Origin: Chitinophagaceae bacterium
GTDB taxonomy: Bacteria; Bacteroidota; Bacteroidia; Chitinophagales; Chitinophagaceae
NCBI GenBank assembly: GCA_039935335.1
Contig: JBDTKK010000099.1
Coordinates: forward strand, 659 to 64,658
Reading direction: 5' to 3'
DNA: 64,000 bases
Each line of letters opens with the position of its first letter. The stretch's first letter is position 1. Under the pieces are notes generated by a model. It was not told the DNA's origin. It saw nothing but the letters and a program-made list of their open reading frames with translations, and made no database searches. A program made the translations under genes and the position numbers. This document shows, piece by piece, positions 8,428 through 18,164 of this stretch.

Positions 8428-10452
8428 ATGTCAACGGCTGCCGGTTCGCGCCAGCTTGTGCTACGAGCCATTTTCATAGGGATGGGTCTCGTGCTACTTA
8501 TCCGCCTCTTATTTCTTCAGCTTTTTGAGCCGAAGTATAAAATCATGGCCAACGACATCGCCATTTACAGGCAAGTTGTCTATCCTCCGCGCGGCGTTAT
8601 TTATGATAGAAATGGAAAGGTGCTTTGCTACAACGAAGTTGTGTACGACCTCCAAATGACTAGCAATAATGTACCGCGCGACTTTGACTCTTCTAAGCTT
8701 TGTCAGGTCTTGGGTATAGATGGCAACACCTATTACAACCTCCACGAACGAGCAAAATGGGCAAATGGCCCAATGCGCCCGGGCACTTTTCTGGAGCAGC
8801 TTTCCACGGCGCAAGCTGCACGATTTGGGGAAAATAAGTATTCCTTTCCCGGTTTTGATATGGTGGAGCGAAACATACGCAGCTACCCCGAACCGATTGG
8901 CGGAGCTTTCCTTGGTTTTATCGGAGAAATCTCGCCTCGACTTTTAAAGAAAGACCGTTTCAGCTCCTACCAACAAGGCGATTATCTCGGCCTCGACGGC
9001 CTCGAACTTTCTTATGAAGAAGTGCTGCGCGGCCAGCGAGGCGTGTATTTCAAAGAAAAAGACAACTACAACCGACCTCGTGATTCTTATTTAAAAGGAG
9101 CCTTGGATACTCCGGCTGTAGCAGGTCAGGCTTTGCATCTATATCTCGATGAAAAACTGCAGGCTTACGGCGAAAAGTTGATGCAAAACAAACTCGGCTC
9201 TATTGTTGCAATTGACCCTTCGACCGGCGGGATTTTGGCTATGGTGAGCGCACCTTCTTACGACCCGAATTTACTGCGTGGCGCAGACCGATCCAAGAAT
9301 TTTTCTAGACTTTATCAACTCCATACTAAGCCACTTTTCAACCGAGCAATCAAAGCTTCTTACAGTCCCGGCTCTACTCAAAAGCCTTACACAGCCCTTA
9401 TTGCGCTGGATGACGGGGCTATAACTCCCGCCTTTGGTTATCCTTGTCGGGGTGCTTACTATGCTTGTGGACGGCCAGTGCGCTGTACCGAAACTTGGGC
9501 CGGGCACGCTGCTAACCTTCGACTCGCCATCGCAAATTCCTGCAACTCCTACTTCTGTCATATCTATCGGCTTTCGGTAGATGAAGACAAATTTGGTGGC
9601 GTTAAAAAAGGCCTAGAAGATTGGTATCGGCACATGTTCCTTTTTGGATTTGGCCACCCTACCGGTGTGGACATCCCTTATGAAATTGGTGGTACACTCT
9701 TCGACTCCACGGACTATAACAAGCTCTACAATGGCTCTTGGAATTCTTGTACCAATCTATTTTTAGGAATGGGGCAAGGTGAGCTTTCTGTAACGCCGAT
9801 GCAAATGGCCAATTCGCTTTGTATTGTGGCTAATCACGGCTTTTTCTACGTGCCGCATTTTGTAAAGTCCATTGGCAATAATCCTAAAGACCCTTCATTA
9901 GCACGCTTTCTAGTAAAGCATGAAGTGACTAACATTCCTGATACAATGTACAAAACTGTAACTCTCGGCATGATGGATGTGGTGAATGCAGGTACTGGCC
10001 GCGTGGCTAGACTGCCGGGCATAGAAGTGTGTGGAAAAACAGGAACCGTGGAGAACTATGCCTTTATCAATGGCAAAAGAACTAAACTCCAAAACCACTC
10101 GATGTTTGTGGCCTTTGCGCCACGTGGACACCCGAAAATCGCCATTGCGGTTACGGTAGAAAATGCAGGCTATGGTGCCACTTGGGCCGGCCCAATTGCC
10201 TCTTTGATGATGGAGAAATACCTAACTGATACTATTGCAAAGAACCGCCTACCCTTGCAGGAAAGAATATTGAAAGGCAATGTGATTAACATGCGACAGG
10301 TCACTTTGATAGACTCTGCCCGCCGTGCTGCCGACCAAGCCCGCTATGAACGCCGCCTACAAAATGCAGCCGTGTCCGATAGTGTAAAGCGAGCTTATGA
10401 TTCTCTGGTGATATTGCGCTACATCAAGACCTATCTCCTCCCAAAAAAGTAA
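8428..10452 (+). CDS. mrdA: Penicillin-binding protein 2 (peptidoglycan D,D-transpeptidase)
   Basis: N-terminal TM anchor. Active-site motifs STQKP (SxxK), SCN (SxN) and KTGT. rodA lies directly downstream. Confidence 0.92.
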   Translation: MSTAAGSRQLVLRAIFIGMGLVLLIRLLFLQLFEPKYKIMANDIAIYRQVVYPPRGVIYDRNGKVLCYNEVVYDLQMTSNNVPRDFDSSKLCQVLGIDGNTYYNLHERAKWANGPMRPGTFLEQLSTAQAARFGENKYSFPGFDMVERNIRSYPEPIGGAFLGFIGEISPRLLKKDRFSSYQQGDYLGLDGLELSYEEVLRGQRGVYFKEKDNYNRPRDSYLKGALDTPAVAGQALHLYLDEKLQAYGEKLMQNKLGSIVAIDPSTGGILAMVSAPSYDPNLLRGADRSKNFSRLYQLHTKPLFNRAIKASYSPGSTQKPYTALIALDDGAITPAFGYPCRGAYYACGRPVRCTETWAGHAANLRLAIANSCNSYFCHIYRLSVDEDKFGGVKKGLEDWYRHMFLFGFGHPTGVDIPYEIGGTLFDSTDYNKLYNGSWNSCTNLFLGMGQGELSVTPMQMANSLCIVANHGFFYVPHFVKSIGNNPKDPSLARFLVKHEVTNIPDTMYKTVTLGMMDVVNAGTGRVARLPGIEVCGKTGTVENYAFINGKRTKLQNHSMFVAFAPRGHPKIAIAVTVENAGYGATWAGPIASLMMEKYLTDTIAKNRLPLQERILKGNVINMRQVTLIDSARRAADQARYERRLQNAAVSDSVKRAYDSLVILRYIKTYLLPKK

Positions 10453-10459
10453 GCCATCA

Positions 10460-11788
10460 ATGCCCACGACCAATCGCTCACTCATTTCCAGACTTGATGC
10501 CTTGACGCTGACACTCTATTTAGTGTTAGTGGTTATTGGACTGCTCGCTGTCTTTTCGGTGGAATATCGGAGTACGGATGTTGGGCTTTTTTTGAAAGGG
10601 AAAAACTACACCAGCCAAACTATTTTTCTGGGTATCAGCTTATTTGTCGGGATGATTATTCTCTTCACGGATAGTAAAGCATTTGCCTCCGGCGCTTTCC
10701 TTGCCTATCTGTTTGGAATTATACTTCTCATTGTGACTATTTTTTTCGGAAAAAATGTAAAAGGCTCCCACTCTTGGCTACAAATTGGCCCTATGTCTTT
10801 CCAACCTGGTGAAGTCTGCAAAATCTTTACAGCACTGGCTTTGGCCAAATTTTTATCCCTTTCCGAAACCAATTTTCATACCCTCAAACATCGACTTATT
10901 GCGGTAGCCATTGCTCTACTCCCGGCGGTACTTATTATCCTTCAAAACGAAACTGGACTCGCCCTAGTTTACTTCTCCTTCATCCTCGCATTGTATCGTG
11001 AAGGGCTTCCCAATTCCATTCTGATTATTGGCTTTTCTGTTGTGGTTTTGGCCATTGCCTCGCTGCTCCTAACCCAACTCACCATCTTCCTCATCCTTAC
11101 CGCAATTGCAAGCATTTTTATTGTGCTTTTGTGGAAGCGGTTATTGATAAACGGAAAACTTCGACTAGTCCTAATTGGTAGCTATGGCGTAGCGCTACTT
11201 TTTTCCCAACTCGTTGTGCCTTTTACCTTCAAGAAAGTACTGCAAGGCTACCAGATTCAACGCATCTATTCTATGCTGGGGCAAGAAGTACCCGAAGCAT
11301 ATCTAAAGCACGAAGAGATACAAAAGTTACAGGTTGGCAAGAAGAAAGATGACAATTACAACGTCAAACAATCCAAGATAGCCATTGGCTCCGGAGGCTT
11401 ACTGGGCAAGGGTTTCCTCAATGGAACTTCTACCAAAAACAATTTTGTACCGGAGCAACATACCGACTTCATTTTTTGCAGTATTGGGGAGCAATTTGGC
11501 TTTGTGGGTAGTGCTTTGCTTATCCTGCTTTATGTAGGTTTGATGATAAGGATATCCATCCTTGCAGAGCGACAGCGCTCTGTGTTTAGCCGGGTGTATG
11601 CCTATTGTGTGGCCAGTATTTTGTTCTTCCATTTTGCTATCAATATCTCGATGACTATTGGGCTCGCGCCGGTAATTGGCATTACGCTACCCTTGTTGTC
11701 GTATGGTGGTTCTTCGCTGCTTTCCTTTTCCATTTTAATTTTCATTTTGCTAAGATTGGATGCTGATAGAGCCGTATTGATTCGCTAA
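10460..11788 (+). CDS. rodA: Rod shape-determining SEDS protein RodA
   Basis: Polytopic FtsW/RodA family pattern (EQHTDFIF, GLAPVIGITLPLLSYGGSS). Follows mrdA by 8 nt. Confidence 0.9.
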   Translation: MPTTNRSLISRLDALTLTLYLVLVVIGLLAVFSVEYRSTDVGLFLKGKNYTSQTIFLGISLFVGMIILFTDSKAFASGAFLAYLFGIILLIVTIFFGKNVKGSHSWLQIGPMSFQPGEVCKIFTALALAKFLSLSETNFHTLKHRLIAVAIALLPAVLIILQNETGLALVYFSFILALYREGLPNSILIIGFSVVVLAIASLLLTQLTIFLILTAIASIFIVLLWKRLLINGKLRLVLIGSYGVALLFSQLVVPFTFKKVLQGYQIQRIYSMLGQEVPEAYLKHEEIQKLQVGKKKDDNYNVKQSKIAIGSGGLLGKGFLNGTSTKNNFVPEQHTDFIFCSIGEQFGFVGSALLILLYVGLMIRISILAERQRSVFSRVYAYCVASILFFHFAINISMTIGLAPVIGITLPLLSYGGSSLLSFSILIFILLRLDADRAVLIR

Positions 11789-11845
11789 AGCCGACAAGCT
11801 CGGCGAGTTCCCATAATTTTAGCCAAATCAACAAATACGCAGACC

Positions 11846-12586
11846 ATGACTTATTTATGCATCGACTGGGGGAACACATTGGTAAAAGCAGCAGCGATGG
11901 ACGCGACTGGGGAATTCCTCGAGATGCAAACCGTAATGCCCGAAGAAGCCTTCGCTACCGTTTCCGAATTACTGGAAAAGCATCAACCTCGTGCTTCCAT
12001 TTTTTGTTCCGTTGTCGTCAATCAGGGAGAGCAACTAATAAACCTACTTAAGGAACGCACCCATTTCGTGGAGCTTAATCTGAAGACGATGTTGCCCATC
12101 ATGAATGCCTATCGTTCCGATACTTTGGGCATGGACAGGATTGCCGCCGTCGCAGGTATTCACGCAGAGCATCCTGAAAAAAACAATCTCGTCATCGCCT
12201 TAGGCACTTGCGTCACGTACAATTTCATCACTAAGAACGGTGCTTTCCGCGGTGGTGCTATTTCTCCAGGCTTGCAAATGCGCCTCGATGCGATGCACCA
12301 TTTCACTGACGGGCTTCCTCAAGTCCCTGCCGAAGGCGATACTTTGCTTTTGGGGTATGACACGGCAACTTGTATGCGGAGCGGCGTAGTGTTTGGCATG
12401 GCAGCAGAGATTGACGGAATGGTAGAAGCTTTTGCTAAAGAATATGGGGAAATTAACGCTGTTTTAACCGGTGGTGATGCAGCACTTTTGGCACGCCATA
12501 TCAAAAGCTCGATATTTGCCGACCCTAAAATAATTCTAAAGGGGCTGTACCAAATCCTAAAACATAATGCGCGATTTCTCCGTTAG
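11846..12586 (+). CDS. coaX: Type III pantothenate kinase
   Basis: N-terminal LCIDWGNTLVKAA (DxGNT motif) and GTC/GMDRIAA blocks. About 245 aa, typical for CoaX. Confidence 0.88.
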   Translation: MTYLCIDWGNTLVKAAAMDATGEFLEMQTVMPEEAFATVSELLEKHQPRASIFCSVVVNQGEQLINLLKERTHFVELNLKTMLPIMNAYRSDTLGMDRIAAVAGIHAEHPEKNNLVIALGTCVTYNFITKNGAFRGGAISPGLQMRLDAMHHFTDGLPQVPAEGDTLLLGYDTATCMRSGVVFGMAAEIDGMVEAFAKEYGEINAVLTGGDAALLARHIKSSIFADPKIILKGLYQILKHNARFLR

Positions 12587-13853
12587 GCAACTACTAGCTG
12601 CTGGCTTTATCCTTACCGCTACTGTTGCTTCTGCGCAAGTTCAATCCGGAAATTCCAATAAAGAAAATGACCCTTATTCGCGCTTTGGCATCGGCCAAAT
12701 AACTACGGGAACCAATGTGCTGAATTGTGGCATGGGCTACGTTTCTACCGCTTATCAGAATGCTAGCGCTATCAATACGGACAACCCCGCTTCTTATGCT
12801 TCGCTCAAATTAACGACTTATGAAGCCGGTTTTACGGGTAGCCTTCTTAGCATCCATACCGAAGACAAAACTTACGGAACTGGCTCGGCCAATTTGGCCA
12901 ATTTAAGACTTGGATTTCCCGTAGGGAAACACGCAGGATTAGCACTGGGCCTACAACCGCAGTCGCACATCTTCTACCACAACGTGGATAGCAACAGCAT
13001 AAATGGAATTGGGAAAACAGCGTCAGAATACACAGGACAAGGAGGTTTGAATTATGCGTTCATTGGCGCAGCTGGAGAAACACATGGCTTCTCTTTCGGA
13101 CTAAACTTCGGCTACTTGTTCGGCACGATGAGCAATACTAGCCGACTGGTAAACATTGATACAACACAGGTTCTTGGTTCAGATTTTTCTAAAGATACCC
13201 GCCTAGGCGGCTTGCATTTCAAAGCTGGAATTCAGTACCATGACACACTGCAAAATGGCTGGAATATCAGGCTTGGTGCTACAGCAGATTGGGGACAAGA
13301 TTTACAAGGAAATCAAACTTCTTACAGTAGCTCTTTCTACTACGTTGGCACCACAATCACCTCCGATACTGCTTATACTGCAACAGGAAAAGATGGCAAA
13401 ATAGTACTGCCTGCTACTTACAGCATCGGTGCAAATCTCGGTGGACTCAATTGGAGCGTCGGTGTGGATGCAACGCAAATGAATTGGAGTAAGTATCGAA
13501 ACTTTGATGCTATTGACACCAATATCAATTCCAAAACCCTACGCATTGGCGTAGGCGGCGAGTACACGCCCGACCCGCTAAGCGTATATAGCTATATCTC
13601 TCGCATCACTTACCGGGCAGGTTTTTACTACGGTTCTGATTATGTGAAGCTGCGCAATACCGACCTTAATTATTACGGCCTTACTGTTGGCGCTTCCTTC
13701 CCTTTCAAACGCAGTGCAGACCGCATTCATACAGCGCTGGAATTTGGCCGAAGAGGTACAACGACAAATGGCTTGGTACAAACCAATTATTTCAAAGTAC
13801 ACCTCGGTATTTCGCTCAATGACCGTTGGTTTGTAAAGCGGAGATATGACTAA
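12567..13853 (+). CDS. Outer-membrane beta-barrel protein (putative porin / FadL-like); family uncertain
   Basis: Signal peptide ending ASAQ. NDPYSRFGIGQ N-terminal motif. Alternating beta-strand pattern with aromatic-rich C-terminal strands. Confidence 0.5.
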   Translation: MRDFSVRQLLAAGFILTATVASAQVQSGNSNKENDPYSRFGIGQITTGTNVLNCGMGYVSTAYQNASAINTDNPASYASLKLTTYEAGFTGSLLSIHTEDKTYGTGSANLANLRLGFPVGKHAGLALGLQPQSHIFYHNVDSNSINGIGKTASEYTGQGGLNYAFIGAAGETHGFSFGLNFGYLFGTMSNTSRLVNIDTTQVLGSDFSKDTRLGGLHFKAGIQYHDTLQNGWNIRLGATADWGQDLQGNQTSYSSSFYYVGTTITSDTAYTATGKDGKIVLPATYSIGANLGGLNWSVGVDATQMNWSKYRNFDAIDTNINSKTLRIGVGGEYTPDPLSVYSYISRITYRAGFYYGSDYVKLRNTDLNYYGLTVGASFPFKRSADRIHTALEFGRRGTTTNGLVQTNYFKVHLGISLNDRWFVKRRYD

Positions 13854-14436
13854 CAGCTTTCCCTTCTTCCTGAAAAAATTTACCCGGACTATTCTTCCGG
13901 GTTTTTTCTTTTTGCTTTTAATGGCGAGTTGCAGCAATAGCAAACAGGAAATAGATGAGGTGATGAGCAAAGCCAGTCTGGGCGAGGAACGCGGCAAGGA
14001 TGTCACAATCTTGTACAGTCGCGGAGGGCACGTCAGCACACGCCTTTTTGCACACACTTTCATCCGTGCCTTATCGGCCAATCCACCTTATACCGAAATG
14101 CGCGACGGGCTGAATGTGGAGTTTTATGATGATAGTCTGCACATCAAGAACACACTAACTGCGGGTTATGCGCGATGGTACGAGCTGGAGAATAATATCC
14201 TCATTCGCGATAGTGTAAAAATCGTGAACGACCGTGGCGAAGAACTACAGACTTCGGAGCTGGTATGGAACCAGAAAATTCAGAAGTTTTTTACAGAAAA
14301 GCCTGTCCGCATCATCACCAAAACCCAGACTTTGAATGGTACAGGCATGGAAGCCAGTCAGGACTTTTCTACCTACCGGATTTATAACCTAACCGGGCAA
14401 GTGAAAGTGGAGAAAAGCCAGATGCCAGGTGGGTAG
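13846..14436 (+). CDS. lptC: LptC-like LPS export periplasmic lipoprotein
   Basis: Lipobox LLMASC. About 190 aa with an OstA/LptC-like beta-jellyroll pattern. Position after coaX is as in many Bacteroidota. Confidence 0.5.
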   Translation: MTNSFPFFLKKFTRTILPGFFFLLLMASCSNSKQEIDEVMSKASLGEERGKDVTILYSRGGHVSTRLFAHTFIRALSANPPYTEMRDGLNVEFYDDSLHIKNTLTAGYARWYELENNILIRDSVKIVNDRGEELQTSELVWNQKIQKFFTEKPVRIITKTQTLNGTGMEASQDFSTYRIYNLTGQVKVEKSQMPGG

Positions 14437-14641
14437 GGTTTCAATTTTCCCCGAAATATCCCTCTGAGTTTCTTCCGGAATTTTTCCCTCTGGGTTGCGA
14501 CCCCGGGCTACTAAAATTTGACCCCTCCAGGATTAGCCGAAAACTCCCATTTAGAGTCCTTGATTGTCTCGATTTCAATGTTCATTTAGCGTAGCCAAAT
14601 TCTTAATGCTCCGTGATCTCACTCATTTAAAAATCAGCACT

Positions 14642-14773
14642 TCGTGCAACTCTGTAACACCGAGTCTCCGTGGTAAAATCTCAAATCGAAATTCCCAACT
14701 CTCCATGCCCTCTGTCGTCTGATTATCATTTCCTCCGTGCCACTCTGTGGCTCTGCGTCTCTGTGGTAAAATC
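14642..14773. repeat. Two copies of a ~39-nt element (CGTGCnACTCTGT...TCTCYGTGGTAAAATC) in an intergenic region
   Basis: Copy 1 at 14642-14680: TCGTGCAACTCTGTAACACCGAGTCTCCGTGGTAAAATC. Copy 2 at 14734-14773: TCCGTGCCACTCTGTGGCTCTGCGTCTCTGTGGTAAAATC. Confidence 0.6.
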
Positions 14774-14828
14774 CCCTAACACCCGTTTCCCAATACTACC
14801 TTTAAGCCATCCTAATTTTTTTTAGAAA

Positions 14829-15674
14829 ATGCCAAACAATACTCCTCAAAACGCGCAAAGTCTGGCCAACAGAACGTTCTTCATCACCGGCGCCAGTCGG
14901 GGTATTGGTAAAGCCATTGCCTTGAAGCTGGCAAGTGAAGGTGCCAACATCATCATCGCCGCTAAAAGCACGACTGAAAATGCTAAACTTGGCGGTACCA
15001 TTTTCAGCGCAGCAAAAGAGATAGAAGCCGCTGGTGGCAAGGCTTTCCCTGTGGCATGCGACATTCGTGATGAAGCTCAGATAGCCAATGCGGTGGCGCA
15101 AGGAGCTGAACGTTTTGGTGGTATCGACGGCGTTATCAATAATGCTTCCGCCATCTCACTCACCGGCACCGCCGAAACGGAAGCGAAGCGCTTTGACCTG
15201 ATGCACGACATCAACGTTCGTGGTACTTTCCTGGTCACCCAGCATTGTCTTCCTTTCCTAAAGAAATCCGAGAACGCGCATATCCTTACGCTCTCGCCGC
15301 CCATTTCTTTGGATCCAAAATGGCTTGGTCCCAGCGTAGCTTATACCATGAGCAAGTACAACATGAGTATGATGAGTTTGGGATGGGCAGAAGAGTTTAA
15401 AAACATCGGCATTGCCGCCAATTCTCTTTGGCCGATGACCACTATTGCTACAGCAGCCGTGCAAAATATCTTGGGCGGTGATAAGCTCATTCAGCGCAGC
15501 CGAAAACCGGAAATTGTGGCCGACACCGCTTATTTCATTCTTCGCCGAGCAGCGAAAGATTGTACCGGAAATCTCTTTTTGGATGAAGAGGTTTTAAGGT
15601 CTGAAGGGATTAATGATTTTGAACAATATGCGGTGACGCCAGGCGGGAAGTTGCAAAGGGATTTGTTTATATAG
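14829..15674 (+). CDS. SDR family NAD(P)-dependent oxidoreductase (HSDL2-like)
   Basis: Cofactor motif TGASRGIGKAIA, NNAS, and catalytic YTMSK (YxxxK). Confidence 0.85.
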   Translation: MPNNTPQNAQSLANRTFFITGASRGIGKAIALKLASEGANIIIAAKSTTENAKLGGTIFSAAKEIEAAGGKAFPVACDIRDEAQIANAVAQGAERFGGIDGVINNASAISLTGTAETEAKRFDLMHDINVRGTFLVTQHCLPFLKKSENAHILTLSPPISLDPKWLGPSVAYTMSKYNMSMMSLGWAEEFKNIGIAANSLWPMTTIATAAVQNILGGDKLIQRSRKPEIVADTAYFILRRAAKDCTGNLFLDEEVLRSEGINDFEQYAVTPGGKLQRDLFI

Positions 15675-15675
15675 G

Positions 15676-15724
15676 GCGGATTGCAAATCCGCAACCATGT
15701 GGCGCGGGATTGCAAGTCCCGCGC
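15676..15724 (+). terminator. Twin hairpins sharing the core GGATTGCAAnTCC, immediately after the SDR stop codon
   Basis: Hairpin 1 at 15676-15692: GCGGATT-GCA-AATCCGC. Hairpin 2 at 15702-15724: GCGCGGGA-TTGCAAG-TCCCGCGC. A T-run follows only ~15 nt later, so the terminator function is tentative. Confidence 0.45.
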
Positions 15725-15821
15725 TGCAGCGAAAGTACAATTTTTTTAAAAGAAATATTTCACGAAAAACGCTACCTTACATTATTGTCGGCATTATCGC
15801 CCACACAAAATTTCCCCGCAC

Positions 15822-16334
15822 ATGTTTAAATACATTTCCATTCTGTTTGTTTGCTGCTACATGACTTCTGCGGGATTCGCCCAGACGGATACTGCGTTAT
15901 TGCAAAAGAAATTCAGCTACGTGCTGCCCCAAGGATGGTCGCTACAGGATCGCTTTAAGGATGGCTGGGCTGATCAGGCGCAGCCCGACCCGCCAATTCT
16001 CTGTTTGGGTTATATACTTTTCGACGTAACTGATGCTGCAAAAATGAAAGCGTACATAGACCTGAATCTGAAAGTGATGCAGGAAAGTGACAATCCCGAT
16101 GCCAAGATAATTTATAGCGAGAAACGGCAGATTCATGGCGTGCCGTTTAGCATTGTGCAGATTTCCTACATGCAGGACGGTGTGCCGTGGTTGGAATATC
16201 AGTATTTCACCCCCAAGGAATGCGGATCAATCTGTAAGGGCTATCTGTTTATGATACAAGCACCGGCCAGCCGATTTAAAAGTATGGTTACGGAAATCGT
16301 CCAGTTTGAGGTCGGGCTTCGGGTGGAAAGCTAA
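15822..16334 (+). CDS. Hypothetical secreted protein
   Basis: Signal peptide MFKYISILFVCCYMTSAGFAQ. No recognisable family. Confidence 0.55.
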   Translation: MFKYISILFVCCYMTSAGFAQTDTALLQKKFSYVLPQGWSLQDRFKDGWADQAQPDPPILCLGYILFDVTDAAKMKAYIDLNLKVMQESDNPDAKIIYSEKRQIHGVPFSIVQISYMQDGVPWLEYQYFTPKECGSICKGYLFMIQAPASRFKSMVTEIVQFEVGLRVES

Positions 16335-16621
16335 TAGTTCATTGTAGGATGATACAGTTGTCAGTCGTAGTTTATGTTCCTCTACTGCTCGTAGGCATTC
16401 GAAGGTTCCAGAAGCATGGAGCATGAGCTCGCGCGTCTAGTTCGAGGATGATGGAAGGCGTATTTTGTTTGCTGATTTTGAAATGATTGGTTCAAGATTA
16501 TTTTTGAAATTGGGTTTTTAGAAAAATGAAAACCGCAAGCTAGGCTAACCACAAACAGCCTAGCGCCTCTACTCTGCCTCGGCTAAAGGTTCAAATTCAT
16601 CCTGTAGCAATAGCCCTATGC

Positions 16622-16657
16622 TAAACAAAAGCGGCGAACAAATAAATGTCCGCCGCT
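16622..16657 (-). terminator. Rho-independent terminator of the 494-aa orphan gene
   Basis: On the minus strand: AGCGGCG-loop-CGCCGCT followed by TTTGTTT. Lies 23 nt after the stop codon. Confidence 0.65.
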
Positions 16658-16679
16658 ACTCAATTTCTCAAACGATATA

Positions 16680-18164
16680 CTAGCTCTTCACGATATACAA
16701 CATCTTCGTTATCTGGTTGTAGCCGATTGGCCCATAGCCATTAGTGGTACGCGAGGTTGCAGTTAACGTAAAGGAGTAGATGCACGATTTCGCCGGCACC
16801 CAGGGAGCACCGCCCAATGGCACGACTACATTAGTAATACCCGTCCAAACCGTCGGCTTAGTGGGGCCGAAAGAATCGGAATAGAAAGAGCCGCCACCAC
16901 CGTCGCCCGCCCCCCAGCTCATGCTGATGGCATCAATATCCCCGTCGCTGTCTGACGCAGTGATGTTGAAAAGAAGCCCCTCCGTATGGCCGAGTGTCAG
17001 CGGGTCGCAGGTATGCTGCTGCATTACATCTACGCCCGGCATGGTAGAACGGGAGATATTATTGATGGCCACGACCGGCACTGTGTTGTCAATGTAAAGC
17101 ACCAAAGTCTGCGCTGGTGACGGCACAAGCACATTGGCGTTATTAAAAAACTGAACGGTGAACTGATAAAGCCCATTGGGCAAGAGGCCCGAGTTGAACT
17201 GAATCAGCAGGTCCTGAATGCTGTATTGCGCGGCCGGGTTTGGCAGCGTGTAGAAGCCGCCACCATCTGCCCCGAAGGAATCGAGCACCACATCATTGCC
17301 CACCCAGCGGTAGTTGAGCCAAGCACCTTGTAACGCGCTCTGGATGCCGCCCACAAGTCCAAACATTACTTTATACTTGTTTACACCGGCATTGCGCAGG
17401 GTATTGATTGTATTGTGATTGAAGATGATGTTGAGATTGCCGCCAAAAGCCGCTCTATTCGCCGCTACATAATAGCCGGCTGCAGTAGTGGCGCGGCCGG
17501 TAGCAGGACTTATAATGCTGTTAGCTGTAGGGATAAGGCCAACTGCGGCCATTACAGGTCCCATCAGCGCAGGGTCTATCACCGCATTGCGTGCAAATAC
17601 CAACACCGATGTGGACATCTGGCCGAAACCAGTGCCGGAGAAGAGTGCAGGGAATTCGGAGGTGTGCCCGCTCACGTTGATGCGCAGCCCCATCCAGGCA
17701 ATGATGTTCATGGCCGCGAGGTTGATACCGAAATCAGCCAGCGGCACTTTAAGCTTCCATACTTTATGAGCTGCTGCATTCTTAGGCGAGCCTTCAAAGG
17801 CAAATTTGTAGATCCCCGGCGTTCCGTTGATGCCAGTCCACTGGCTTGGCGCGAGGTAATACTGCCGTGTGAGTTTGCCTGGATACTGCGGCACAGGCGC
17901 GCCATAATTGATATCAAGGTTCGGATTGATGGATCCGTTTTTGTTGACATCAAACGACATCCAGAAGTAGTCGTTCGCGGTACTGTTGCTCATCTCGTCG
18001 GGCAAGTCGATGGCGAAATACATGTTGTGCGCATCGTTGCGCAGGTAGAGCCAGATATTGCCGGCGACGGGCATCTTCTGGACATTGCTGTCCGCCCATG
18101 CTACGTCGTTGAGGCTTTCATCGAGCGTTAGCGGATTCACCGCCCATTTTGAATTCAGTACCAT
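16680..18164 (-). CDS. Hypothetical 494-aa protein with no signal peptide, G+C-rich relative to its neighbours
   Basis: Long ORF with coherent coding. The N-terminal ~190 aa loosely resembles CBM9/DOMON-like sugar-binding folds (LDESLNDVAWA...MYFAIDLPDE). The C-terminus is beta-rich with a DSDGDID acidic patch. Sampled 60-nt blocks have 52-67% G+C versus ~38-48% in flanking genes. Confidence 0.6.
   Translation of the reverse strand: MVLNSKWAVNPLTLDESLNDVAWADSNVQKMPVAGNIWLYLRNDAHNMYFAIDLPDEMSNSTANDYFWMSFDVNKNGSINPNLDINYGAPVPQYPGKLTRQYYLAPSQWTGINGTPGIYKFAFEGSPKNAAAHKVWKLKVPLADFGINLAAMNIIAWMGLRINVSGHTSEFPALFSGTGFGQMSTSVLVFARNAVIDPALMGPVMAAVGLIPTANSIISPATGRATTAAGYYVAANRAAFGGNLNIIFNHNTINTLRNAGVNKYKVMFGLVGGIQSALQGAWLNYRWVGNDVVLDSFGADGGGFYTLPNPAAQYSIQDLLIQFNSGLLPNGLYQFTVQFFNNANVLVPSPAQTLVLYIDNTVPVVAINNISRSTMPGVDVMQQHTCDPLTLGHTEGLLFNITASDSDGDIDAISMSWGAGDGGGGSFYSDSFGPTKPTVWTGITNVVVPLGGAPWVPAKSCIYSFTLTATSRTTNGYGPIGYNQITKMLYIVKS

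Noticed and set aside
7680-8434. 164-aa and 177-aa minus-strand ORFs overlapping the HemD domain
   Set aside because: They are fully antisense to a family-recognisable CDS and carry no motifs.
17415-18131. 238-aa plus-strand ORF (and 93-aa and 81-aa ORFs) inside the 494-aa gene
   Set aside because: It is R/H/G-rich nonsense typical of an antisense frame in G+C-rich coding DNA. The minus-strand ORF is twice as long, has a protein-like composition, and is followed by a terminator.
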